From Felis catus (taxonomy: Eukaryota): 64,000 bases of DNA. Position numbers and translations under genes: made by a program. The notes beneath the pieces were generated by a model. That model worked only from the letters and a program-made list of their open reading frames with translations, ran no database searches and was not told where the DNA came from. Position 1 is the first letter of the stretch; every line of letters begins with the position of its first letter. The DNA is taken from the NCBI RefSeq assembly GCF_018350175.1, contig NC_058372.1:29326001-29390000 (forward strand), read 5' to 3'. Below are positions 39,263-50,553 of this stretch, one piece after another.

Positions 39263-42200
39263 CTCCAATAGCATTCTACTGGGTTTTGAATGCTAAGTCT
39301 CCATCACGACCACCTGAACCCTATGTGACCTGGCCATGCCTACCTTGCCATCTCACTGCATACCAGCCACACCAGATCAGAACCCTCCTTTCTGTTCCTG
39401 GGATATACCAAGCTTTCCTACCTCAGGGCCTTTGCACATGATGGTCCTCTGCCTAGCCACATATGGCTATTTATATTTAAATTAATATTAAATACAATTA
39501 AAAATTCTGTTCCTACATTTCACTAGCCACATTTGAAGCACTGAACATCACAGCATAGAGACGCCTGGGTGGCTCAGTGGTCAAGCATCCGACTTCAGCT
39601 CAGGTCATGATTTCGCAGTTCGTGAGTTCAAGTCCCACATTGGGCTCTGTGCTGACAGCTCAGAGCCTGGAGCCTGCTTCAGATTCTATGTATCCCTCTC
39701 TCTCTGCCCCTCCCCCACTTGCATTGTGTGTGTGTGTCTCTCTCTCTCAAAAATAAATAAACTTGAAAACGAATAAAAACAATTAAAAAATGTGTAAAAA
39801 AAATCACAGCACAGATTTACAGCACTTTCATCATCATAGAAAGTTCTATTTGAACAGCATTGGCCTAGAATGTTCTTGGTCCACAACTCTTTACATTGCT
39901 GGCTCCTTCTCATCTTCAGGTTTATCTCATAAATCACTTCCTCACTGAAGCTTTCTTGGATCACCCCTAACCTAATATAGTACCTCTCCACTGTTTTTTG
40001 CTCACTCTGTGTATTTCTATCATAGCACTTAAACAAGAACCCGTAAAAATTATGTACTTGCTTATTAGCTGTTTCCTGTGTTATAATGTAAGCTCCACAA
40101 GGGCAGGAATCTTTTCTGCCTTATATCCTTACCTCCAAAACAATGTCTGGCACATAGTAGGCACTTAATACATATTTATTGAATGAATCCTTATTTCATG
40201 AGCACCTAGCACAAAGCCTGGCACAAAATAAAGAACTCATAAAAGCTGGAACAGAGCCAAAATCAGCTCAATCCTTTGATCTTCAGACAAATAAAGCCAT
40301 TTTTAGAAGGTTAAGGACCACTCAAGCAAATGGTTTCCACAATGTTAATGCTTTTCAAACTCCAGTGTGTACATGAATCTCCTGGGGATTTTGTTAAAAA
40401 TGCAGGCTTTGGTGGCACAAAAACAGACACATAGACCAATGGAACAGAATAGAAACCCCAGAACTAGACCCACAAACGTATGGCCAACTCATCTTTGACA
40501 AAGCAGGAAAGAACATCCAATGGAAAAAAGACAGCCTCTTTAACAAATGGTGCTGGGAGAACTGGACAGCAACATGCAGAAGGTTGAAACTAGACCACTT
40601 TCTCACACCATTCACAAAAATAAACTCAAAATGGATAAAGGACCTAAATGTGAGACAGGAAACCATCAAAACCCTAGAGGAGAAAGCAGGAAAAGACCTC
40701 TCTGACCTCAGCCGTAGCAATCTCTTACTCGACACATCCCCAAAGGCAAGGGAATTAAAAGCAAAAGTGAATTACTGGGACCTTATGAAGATAAAAAGCT
40801 TCTGCACAGCAAAGGAAACAACCCACAAAACTAAAAGGCAACCAACGGAACGGGAAAAGATATTCGCAAATGACATATCGGACAAAGGGCTAGTATCCAA
40901 AATCTATAAAGAGCTCACCAAACTCCACACCCGAAAAACAAATAACCCAGTGAAGANNNNNNNNNNNNNNNNNNNNNNNNNNNNNNNNNNNNNNNNNNNN
41001 NNNNNNNNNNNNNNNNNNNNNNNNNNNNNNNNNNNNNNNNNNNNNNNNNNNNNNNNNNNNNNNNNNNNNNNNNNNNNNNNNNNNNNNNCGCCAGTCAGAG
41101 TGGCCAAAATGAANNNNNNNNNNNNNNNNNNNNNNNNNNNNNNNNNNNNNNNNNNNNNNNNNNNNNNNNNNNNNNNNNNNNNNNNNNNNNNNNNNNNNNN
41201 NNNNNNNNNNNNNNNNNNNNNNNNNNNNNNNNNNNNNNNNNNNNNNNNNNNNNNNNNNNCAGCAATAGCACTGCTAGGAATTTATCCAAGGGATACAGGA
41301 GTACCGATGCATAGGGGCACTTGTACCCCAATTTCATAGCAGCACTCTCAACAATAGCCAAATTATGGAAAGAGCCTAAATGTCCATCAACTGATGAATG
41401 GATAAAGAAATTGTGGTTTATATACACAATGGAATATTACGTGGCAATGAGAAAAAATGAAATATGGCCTTTTGTAGCAACGTGGATGGAACTGAAGAGT
41501 GTGATGCTAAGTGAAATAAGCCATACAGAGAAAGACAGATATCATATGGTTTCACTCTTATGTGGATCCTGAGAAACTTAACAGGAACCCATGGGGGAGG
41601 GGAAGGAAAAAAAAAAAAAAAAAGAGGTTAGAGTGGGAGAGAGCCAAAGCATAAGAGACTGTTAAAAACTGAGAACAAACTGAGGGTTGATGGGGGGTGG
41701 GAGGGAAGAGAGGGTGGGTGATGGGTATTGAGGAGGGCACCTTTTGGGATGAGCACTGGGTGTTGTATGGAAACCAATTTGTCAATAAATTTCATATATA
41801 TAAAAAATAAAAAGAAAAAAAAAAAAAAGAAAAAAAAATGCAGGCTTTGGGGGCACCTGGCTAGCCCAGTTGGTAAAGCATGTGACTCTTGACCTCAGGA
41901 TCGTGCATTCATGTCCCACACTGGGTCTGCAGCCTACTTAAAAAAAAAAAAAAAAAAATGCAGATTCTGATTCAGTCAGTAGGACTGGAGCCTGAGATTT
42001 TGTATCTAACAAGTTCCACAGTGATGCTGATGCTGATGCTGCTGGTAGGCAGACCATGCTGAGGAGCAAAGCACTATGCTACACTCAATTACCTGTCAAA
42101 CCACCAGGAATTTAACATCATAAACTAAAGAGGTTTTGCACTTCATTAGGCTTTCAGCCTATACCAATTCTTGGCAAAACCAAATTTCATAATATTGCCA

Positions 42201-45109
42201 TCCTTTGGGTAAAGGTCTCAAAATACAGTTGATTTTCATTATTTGTGGTAGATCTGTTCTATAGAGTAGCCATGAATGCTGAATTAGCAAATACTTATTT
42301 TGCTGTTAGGTTCCTGTGAGCCCTTGGTCACAACATTTTCATCAACAGATTAGTATATGTCCTTGTTTTACATGTGTTTCTGTTGAAAGATACCTTATGT
42401 AATATACATTGTTAATTCATTAACAACGAACTCATAGCCAAAAGCACTATAACTCCTGTCTGAAAGAAGCTTATCTAACACATGTATTTTCTCTATAGGC
42501 ATATCACAGCCTCCTTGCACTTAGAAATACTTAGCACTTTAGCAGTACGCTTGGGGGCCATTTTAAACAGCAAAATCACCAACAAAAAGTACAAAAATGC
42601 AAAAAACGTGGCAGTAAATATACTGTGAAAACGACAGTTTACCTTATGAGAGCTGAAACAGGAAGGCAGAACATCTTGTTCAACCTCCGCTGCACTGTTA
42701 GGCAACTCAAAGTTTTCACTGCTCTGTGCATTGTGTGCAAATGACCACAAAGGTGCCACAAGTACTGTTTCTGGGATTACCAATAAATTTTTGAGTAGGC
42801 AAATTCTCAAATACAGAATCTGCAAACAAAGAGGACTGATCATGCCTCCTTGCAATATCAAGGGCTGCCCATATCTCACTTTGCAGGATTCAAAGCTCAC
42901 ATCCATGTTTTTCTTCCTCATGCCCTTCTTGGATCACCAGGGCTGCTGTGAGCCCATGGAAAATCAGAAAAAGGTGCCCCTTCCCCTGGGTGGATGCGGA
43001 ACCATTGACCTGTGGCAGAATGCACAGTATGGTGAGCAGAGCATGCGCTGGATCCTAGCTCTGCTTCACCCCATTCACCCAGGTGCCCTTTCACAGGGAA
43101 CAGTCTGCCCAAACATATGACCAGTCCTATTGACCATATCCCTTCTTGGCCTTTACTTTTCAACTGAAATGGTTAGGTTTTTCAAATCTTCCTCATATGG
43201 AGGAGTTGGGTCAGAAATGGACAGCCAAAGGAAAGGGATCAGAGTTAGAATCTGAGAAAGTGTGGTAGCCTGAGATGGAGGGCCTGAGAGGAACTGCCCA
43301 GTGTGGTAGCTCTGACCTGAAGCTGATAGGCCAAGTCAGCCTGTGCTCGGCGGGTGTTGACCTCGATGTCATATGCAGCCTTCTTTAGCTCATAGTCTCT
43401 CTGTGCTTTGGCCATCTCGATCTCACTCAGGTACTGAGCAGACACCTTTTCCTGCTTGGCTTTGGCCTCCTGTCCACAAAGAGATCAGGAAGGAAGTCAG
43501 AGTAGGGAGAGGAAGGCCCCGCGGGGAGAGCCTGCTCCTCACCAGGCTCCCCTGCACGTGGCCTCATCTATGTCCTCTGCCAACCCAGCTCTACCAGACC
43601 TCACTCAGATGTGCCTCTTCCATCCCCTCTCCCGCTGCATGCCCAACAAATCCATAGTGACCAACTGACTCCCCAAGTGGGATCTATCTCACCCGGATCC
43701 CAGCATCTCTTTTGGCTTCTGCTTCCCCAATCCGAGCATCTTTTTGGACTTGAGCGGTTCGAGCCTTCCCTAAAGAGTGCAAATAATCCTGTGGGAGAGA
43801 AGCAGAAATCAGAATCCTCAGGAAGGTTTAAGAGATGGGAGCAGGGAACTGGAGAAGATCAGCCACCTAGGTATACCTGATCATCATGAATGTCCTTCAG
43901 GGTATAGCTAACCACACTGATGCCCATGTTGACCAGGTCTGAGGAGGCCACTTTGAAAACTTGCTCTGAGAATTTCTGCCTGTCCTTATAGATTTCCTAG
44001 GGTAACAGAATGGTAGGAAGGAGGAATTTAAGCTCTCAGTCCTCTGGCTACTGTCTCCCACAGACTAGCTTGGCCCAGAGGCCCAACTCACTCTGGTATG
44101 CCTTCCAGATCTTTCCCTGCCCTCTAGCCCACCTCCACAGTCATGTGGGCCATGATAGCCCTCTGGTGGCCCTCCAGAGTCTCCAGTGCAATGTGGGCAA
44201 TCTCAGCCTCTGTCTTCCCCAGGAACATCTGGCAGGCAGCTGCCAACATCTCCTTGTTCTGCCCCTGGATTTTCACCTGTAGCCAGAATAAGGATAGAGT
44301 GAGTGTGGTGAAGGTCTCATGAAGCCAGGTAGGAAGCAGGAAAAGAATGGAAGAGTCAAGTGCCTCGGGAGTCCCTGGAGAAGGTGAGACTTCGCAGAGA
44401 AATTTCTCTGCAGCCAGAGGTTGGGAAGGCCATGGTCAGAAGATTCTTAATGTCTGGGGACACAGAAGGTGACGAAGGAATGGACATCAGGGGAAAGGCT
44501 CTGAAAGCCTCACCTGGGCAATGCCAGTGACTGAGATGGGGACCCCATGGCGAGTGTAAACCTTTTCACTCTTGACATTGAGGGTCAGTGTGTTGAGAGA
44601 GATCCTATGGGAAAAAGGAGTGGACAGTGAGAAAAAAAAAAAAAAGGAAAGAGAGAAAACTAGGGTTCCCCTTCCCTGGTTCTCCTTCTACTTACCTCTG
44701 GATTTGCTGGATGCAGGGCAGGACAAAAACACGCCCTCCAGCTACCATGACTGGGGGGCTTCGGCAGAAACCTGCAAGGTGAGGGGGCAGTAAGTTGCAG
44801 TGGTGAGGGGTAGGGCTAGAATATGGAAGACTGAAAAACTGGGGTTGGGGGGATAATCCCCACGAGGAAATCTGGGAGCTGGAGGGGAGACAGTCTGGGC
44901 CTCGGAAGGGTAGCGACTGGTAATCACAAATGGGTGGCTTGCAGCCATGGGGGGTGGGGTGGACAGAAGGCTTGGCGCTGGGGACCTGGGAGGGAGAAGA
45001 GTAAAGGGCAGAGGCAGGACCGCAAGAGTCTGGGGGGGCACTGGCTGAGAAGAGAACATTACTTACCGGAGACCACCATGGCCTCATTTGGGCCACAGGT
45101 GAAAAACAT
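32629..45109 (-). CDS. FLOT1: Flotillin-1 (427 aa, 12 coding exons)
   Basis: Exons 45109-45067, 44771-44696, 44604-44514, 44276-44133, 43996-43877, 43788-43693, 43469-43317, 35090-34909, 34747-34702, 34583-34446, 34186-34022, 32658-32629 total 1284 nt. Reads [15 protein letters not shown]...VNHKPLRTA*. Confidence 0.98.
32968..33424 (-). mobile_element. Two CAN-SINEs separated by a (TA)~25 microsatellite (33177-33227)
   Basis: SINE motifs with (AG)n and (TA)n tracts. Confidence 0.88.
36181..39870. mobile_element. CAN-SINE cluster in the large FLOT1 intron (36181-36398 -, 36610-36840 +, 37066-37300 +, 37510-37742 -, 37752-37948 -, 39050-39259 +, 39558-39802 +) plus a MER3-like remnant (~39455-39870)
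   Basis: SINE heads, tails and TSDs (e.g. tttaagcccaccttt, agttctccaatag). MER3 motif agaaagttctatt. Confidence 0.85.
40411..41833 (+). mobile_element. 5'-truncated young LINE-1 (ORF2 C-terminus, 3' UTR, poly A)
   Basis: ORF2 peptides [14 protein letters not shown] and [24 protein letters not shown]-rich 3' UTR, A tail, perfect TSD aaaaatgcaggcttt(gg). Confidence 0.96.
42226..42838. mobile_element. MER82-like Tigger DNA transposon
   Basis: Termini cagttgattttcattatttgtgg ... gaggactg. Internal ggggccattttaaacagcaaaatcaccaacaaaaag. Confidence 0.75.
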
Positions 45110-45199
45110 GGCTCAGGTTAGAGCTGGAGGAAAGGGAGAGAAAAACTTTGCGGGCGACGTCCACAGAAGTGAATACTCTCTCTTTCCAAGGCCCAGTCC

Positions 45200-45950
45200 C
45201 TTCCACACCCGTGGGTCCGTTAAGACATTTCCCTCTGCAGTCCCACAGATCCCCAGCGGCTCCCTCCCACGCCGGCTTACGGCCACTCCCTGCCCCTGCC
45301 CCGTCCCGCCTTCAGTGAGGACAGTTTCTCGCTTATCTGGTAATGCTCTCCCGCGCCTAGCGGACCCCAGACCTTGAGCCACCCTCCCCGCTCCTCCGCA
45401 GCCCGACTACATCTCCCCTCCCCACCCACCTCCCCGCACGCTGGCTGCGGCCGGGCTGGGATCTCGGCAACGGCTGGGGCGCGCAGCCGATCTGGGGACT
45501 GAGCAGCGGTTCCGACGCACCGCCTTCCGGAAAGCTGGGCCTGCGCCCGCGCGGCTCACCCGGCCGCACCCTGTTGCTGCGGCAAACGCGACCCCGCCCC
45601 ACGCGGCGAGCCAGCCCCCCTCACCCCTGCGCCCTCGGCCCGCCCCTTTCCCGGCAGGCCACACTCTGGTTCGCAGCCAGCCAGCCAGCAGCCGGGCCTA
45701 CCGAGGCTGCTGGGCTAGCGGCCGCCCCCGCCGTCGCCCTTCCCCAGCTGCGAGCTCCGCCCCGGGATGCAGGACGTGACTTCCGTGGGCCTGGCAACCC
45801 AGGGCGGGGGACATTGCTTCATCTCGGATTTGCTCGGCTGTGCTAACTGGGAAAACCATGCGTTGGGCAAAGAACGACCGCATCCGGTCACCTGGGGCGG
45901 AGCGCCCGCTAGGGACGTGGACCCAGCTCCTCCCGCCGGCCCGAGGAAGA
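45200..45950 (-). promoter_or_regulatory. FLOT1 CpG-island promoter and non-coding exon 1
   Basis: CpG-dense, with a GTGAG donor at 45559-45555, an ETS-like gtgacttccg (~45777-45785) and GC boxes. Confidence 0.72.
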
Positions 45951-46006
45951 ATGGGGAATCGCCGCTTGCAAAGATACATTCAGATGACTGCTGATTGTAA
46001 ATCGAG

Positions 46007-46027
46007 TTTATTTGTGTTCACAGAACA
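46007..46027 (-). promoter_or_regulatory. IER3 3' end: constitutive decay element stem-loop (46015-46027) and AATAAA (46007-46012)
   Basis: mRNA reads UGUUC-UGU-GAACA (5-bp stem, pyrimidine-purine-pyrimidine triloop, Roquin CDE consensus), then AAUAAA. Confidence 0.85.
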
Positions 46028-46389
46028 TACCGGGCGACCCCACAGCCGCCCCCGATAGCTCACCGACCTTTGACACTGTAGCCACCCCTTGGGGGCAACT
46101 TCGAGGAGATCCTCGGACAAGGACCTTATTCCCAACAGTCCGCCAAAGCCTCACACAATAGATCCGTGGAGGTGACATCCTGGAGGACGGAATACCAGTC
46201 CCTAAACCTAAGACCCGCCACCATCCTTGCCTCAGCCCGGGCGCTCTCCAGGACCCAGATCCTCTCCATTCCTTCTCGGGAGAAGGATCTCCCTAAGTTC
46301 TGGCAGCCCTGCTTCCACGTTTCCCACAAAGCTCAAATACTAACAGATCTGCATTTTCAGTAGGGGGGCACATCTCACACCCCTGCATA

Positions 46390-46490
46390 AGTTAAAATAA
46401 ATATTACATACACCCCTCCATCACCTAGGGGAACATACATAAATACATATATAAATATTAATTAGGATCAATAAGAAATAAATTAATGAC
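46390..46490 (-). promoter_or_regulatory. AU-rich element cluster in the IER3 3' UTR
   Basis: Multiple AUUUA pentamers (TAAAT on + at ~46440, ~46452, ~46479) in an AT-rich island. Confidence 0.8.
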
Positions 46491-46685
46491 GCTCTTCCCC
46501 ACCCGGTCTCGCCCCGGAGTGTCGGTGCTCCTCTAATCCCAGGCTCGGGCTGGAGTCTCCGCTGCAGTGTTGTGAGTTAAAATTGCCTCGGAAGTCCCAG
46601 TTTGGGATACGCTCTCGCGCACCAGGTACACCTGGTGTTTCTTTGGCTTTTCGGATTCTTTTGAGGGGGATGTGGGGAGTCCCGG

Positions 46686-47255
46686 TTAGAAGGCGGCCGG
46701 GTGTTGCTGGAGAAATGTGCTGAGGTCCAGAGCGTAGTCTGAGGGCTCAGAGGTCAGATTAAGGGACTCGAGGACCGGGGGCGCAGGGGTGGGCGTGGGG
46801 GATGCGCCGCTGGAGGTGTCCTCCGGAGCCAAGGGTGCCGGCACACCCTCTTCAGCCATCAGGATCTGGCAGAAGATGACGGTGAGCAGAAGAAAAAGGA
46901 GCCTTTTGGCAGGGTTCGGATCCTCGACTGGCAGCTGGCGCCGGACCTGAAGAGAGACAACGAAGGGAACAGGTTAGCTGAGATCTCGGGGTTCGGCTGT
47001 TCCCGCTGCCCTGCCCCACCTGCTGCCTACTTCCTCCACACTCACCACTCGTGGGTACAGGACCCTACGGCTGCGCTTTCGATGCCCGCGGGAGGCGCTG
47101 GGGCGCGCGGCAGGGGCCACCGCGGGCTCCGGAAGAGGGTCGAAGGTGAAGATCTCAGGACCAGATCCCCGCCGGGGTCCGGGGCTGGAGGAGGAGACAG
47201 GGGTGGGGGCCCGCAGAACGGTCATGGTGGGGAGGGAGCTGCGAGAGTGACACAT
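46686..47255 (-). CDS. IER3: Immediate early response 3 (IEX-1), 156 aa, 2 exons
   Basis: Exons 47255-47046 and 46946-46686 total 471 nt. Reads MCHSRS...[12 protein letters not shown]...[18 protein letters not shown]...QQHPAAF*. Confidence 0.97.
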
Positions 47256-47382
47256 CGTGAGCTGAGCTGGGCGGAAGACCGAATGAGGACCCGTGGTCGT
47301 GCGGAGCAATTTTTGTACGCCCTGGAATGGGCGGATCCTTTTCGACTCCACCCACGACTGGGAGTGGTGGCCGGAGCGAGCT

Positions 47383-47392
47383 GGAAATTCCG
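47383..47392 (-). promoter_or_regulatory. NF-kB site, IER3 promoter
   Basis: CGGAATTTCC on the minus strand. IER3 is an established NF-kB target. Confidence 0.8.
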
Positions 47393-47496
47393 AAGATTAA
47401 GCCGAGAGAGGGAGTGGCCTATGCAAGTTTAGGCGCCCTAGTGTGTGTTGTGAGTGTGTGAGTTGTGAGTGGAGTGGGTGAGTTCCCGGACTTCAG

Positions 47497-47516
47497 GCAC
47501 ATGTCGGGACATGTGG
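47497..47516. promoter_or_regulatory. p53-family response element, IER3 promoter
   Basis: Two adjacent CATG-core decamers, GCACATGTCG GGACATGTGG, with no spacer. Confidence 0.8.
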
Positions 47517-47792
47517 TAGATGGAGACGGGCTAACAGATAGCTTAGAAGGTGGTTGGGCCACAGGTCCCATCTCTTGGGAAGCAGGGGGACTTACAAAAA
47601 GAAATCTTACTGCTACAATAGTGACCTAGCAAGTCAGGAAATTACAGTTACACAGGCACATTTATACTCTCGTAGATGCACGCAGAAAACGCACACACCC
47701 CAAGAGGAAAGTCATTACTGAAATAGCCAAGACGACATGGAAAAATGAACTACACACAGACACAATGCTTCCTGCCTCAACACACACTGTAT

Positions 47793-48257
47793 TGTAGGGG
47801 CAGTAAAAATGGTCTCTTCTTTGGCTGGTCTAATAATTAAGTTGATATAAGATAGATTAACAGGAAAAACAACAAGTTTAATTACCTACTTCTGGAACCC
47901 AGGAAGCCATGAGACTCAAGGCAGTAAAGCAATTGAGGCTTGTAAGCAATCTTGAGCTAGGGAATGGATCAGTGGCCTGGGGCTTCAAAGAGGAGGAGGC
48001 CAATTCAGAGGAAGATAAGAACCGAAGTTTGGGAGTCAGAAGTTTGCCTTGCCAAGAGTAAGTCTTTCAGATAAAAGGTTATTTGTGTAATAGCTCTCTT
48101 TATCTTTCAGGCCTCTATCTAAATTCTTTTAGCCAGTTGAGGGAGAGAGGTAAAAAGCTTTTCCTGAGTCTTCTGGGTGTTGATTGCCTTCAGCTCAAAA
48201 TAATTCACTTGGCATAGTGGCACATTTTGGCGTGGCCTATTCTGCTCTTCTTTAACG
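47793..48257 (-). mobile_element. ERV1-type solo LTR (MER34-like)
   Basis: Minus strand has gccaaaatgtgccactatgc...attattttgagctgaaggcaat and ends cctgttaatctatcttat...cccctaca. Homologous to 63303-64000. Confidence 0.78.
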
Positions 48258-48787
48258 TGTACATAACACATGCATGTGCGTGTGCGCACACACACACAGA
48301 GCAAAGGTGCAGAGACTTTGCAAGGACAACATAACAAAGCTACCCACTTAGATGTGTGCAGAAATGCTCACATAAGGCTGGTGCAGAAAGGCAAGAGGTT
48401 AGCAGCCACCCAGATTTGTCCCTTGTCATATAGAAAAAATAACAACATGTATGTGAAGAACATTTTAAACTGTGAGATGTTATGCAAATTTGGTAATGGT
48501 AATAAGAAGGGAGAGGTGCTTGGCTAAAAAAAAAAAATAGAGAATTGACACATTTTCATAACTGCCTTAGAGACAGCTGCTCATGGACACACAATTTAAC
48601 ATCCTTTGAGCATTCACTGGTGCTGGGTACCCTGTTGAAGGTACTGATCAAAGTACTAGGGTTATGAATTCCAGCATATGGGCTGCTGAGTGAGGCAAGC
48701 CAGATTTAGTGGGCACCTCACCCTTGTGGGCCTTACCTTATGCATGCGGGGGGGCACCCCAATCAGGAGAACTGTTTTGAGGATCTT

Positions 48788-49416
48788 TTTTAATTTTTTA
48801 TTTAATTTTTTAAAATTTCCATCCAAGTTAGTTAGCATATAGTGCAACAATGATTTTAGGGGTAGATTCCTTAGTGCTCCTTACCCATTTAGCCTGTCCC
48901 CCCTCCCATAACCCCTCCAGTAACCCTCTGTTTGTTCTCCATATTTAAGTGTCTCTTATGTTTTGTCCCCCTTCCTGTTTTTATATTATTTTTATTTCCC
49001 TTCCCTTATGTTCATGTTTTGTCTCTTAAAGTCCTCATTTGAGTGAAGTCATATGATTTTTGTCTTTCTCTGACTAATTTCANNNNNNNNNNNNNNNNNN
49101 NNNNNNNNNNNNNNNNNNNNNNNNNNNNNNNNNNNNNNNNNNNNNNNNNNNNNNNNNNNNNNNNNNNNNNNNNNNNNNNNNNNNNNNNNNNNNNNNNNNN
49201 NNNNNNNNNNNNNNNNNNNNNNNNNNNNNNNTTGGGCTATTGTTGATAGTGCTGCTATAAACATGGGGGTGCATGTGCCCTTAGAAACAGCACACCTGTA
49301 TCCCTTGGATAAATGCCTAGTAGTGCAATTGCTGGGTCATAGGGTAGTTCTGTTTTTAGTTTTTTGAGGAACCTCCATACTGTTTTCCAGAGTGGCTGTA
49401 CCAGCTTGCATTCCCA
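48788..49416 (-). mobile_element. 5'-truncated carnivore LINE-1
   Basis: ORF2 peptide [40 protein letters not shown] tgttttgagg(a/g)tctt. Confidence 0.93.
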
Positions 49417-50374
49417 TGTTTTGAGGGTCTTAAGGAAACTGAAGACTAAGTGTAAAGGGGGACCCAAAGGAACTAGTGTTCACGCCTGTCTAATCAATAA
49501 GGTGGAAAAAACAAAAAGGTAAGACTTCATGGAAGAGTGGCATTTGAGATGACTTTGAACTGTGAGTGGGATACCACAGAGTCAGATGTGTAAGATGACT
49601 GTGAGGAAGAGAATGGAATCAGCAAAGGCCTTGAGCTGGAAAAGTACAGGATATGTTTGGGGAATCACAAGAAAAACAATCTTACAGTAAGTTTCCTGTA
49701 AAGGAGTAGTGGGAAGTAATGATACTTGAAAGGAGGTAGGCAGAGTGGAGAGAACTTAGCTGCCAGGCCAGGAAATTGAGTTTGACTCTAGATTGTGGAT
49801 TCTGTGGGTCATGGGAGGATATAAAAGGAGGACAGTTCAAGCTGGGAACTAAGTAGGGCACGGGATAGGAGGCTATTGGAAAGGTTCAGGTGGAAGATAA
49901 CAAGGGCCTGAGATGGGCTATGGCAGAGGGAACCAGGAAGAGGGGTGCAGTAAGAGACACTTGTAGCACAGGACCACAGGGATTTAGTAATGAGATGGGA
50001 ATCGTTAGAATCACGGAGCATGGAGAGTGCGGTGCTGACAGTTAAGAATATGAAGGCTTTAAGGCTGACTCCAGGGATTTGAAATGCATCTGGCTCAGGT
50101 CTTTACTCCAGATCATATTATGCCTGGTGCACACAGAGTATGTATATGATCTCTTCCATTACAGTCTGTGCTGTGTCACACACGTCTTTGTGCCCTCCAT
50201 AAAACCCAGCAGAGTGCCTTACATGTAGTAGTGGCTCAAGAGTCTTATTAAATGAAAGCTGAAAATGCACATATGGTATTCACCCAGTGGCTGGGTCACC
50301 CCAAGCTTTGAGACATGGATACACTCTTTCAAGCCGCACATACAAAGTTACATCTTAAGAACAGCTGGGACAAT

Positions 50375-50375
<1 letters not shown>

Positions 50376-50408
<33 letters not shown>

Positions 50409-50553
50409 AGAGACGGAGAGAGACATGGCACAAGTAGGCTCCAGGCTCCGAGCTGTTAGCACAGGGCCCGATGAGGGGCTCGAACCCATGAACAGGAGCT
50501 CATGACCTGAGCTGAAGTTGGACGCTCAACCAACTGAGCCACCCAGGTGCCCC
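50376..50553 (-). mobile_element. CAN-SINE with long poly(A)
   Basis: TSD agctgggacaattctt. Confidence 0.88.

Noticed and set aside
40584-41572. 251-aa and 83-aa ORFs
   Set aside because: Truncated, frameshifted L1 ORF2 fragments, artificially extended by N-runs.
42493-43120. 142-aa and 129-aa ORFs in the FLOT1 intron
   Set aside because: Lie largely within a non-autonomous Tigger/MER82-like remnant.
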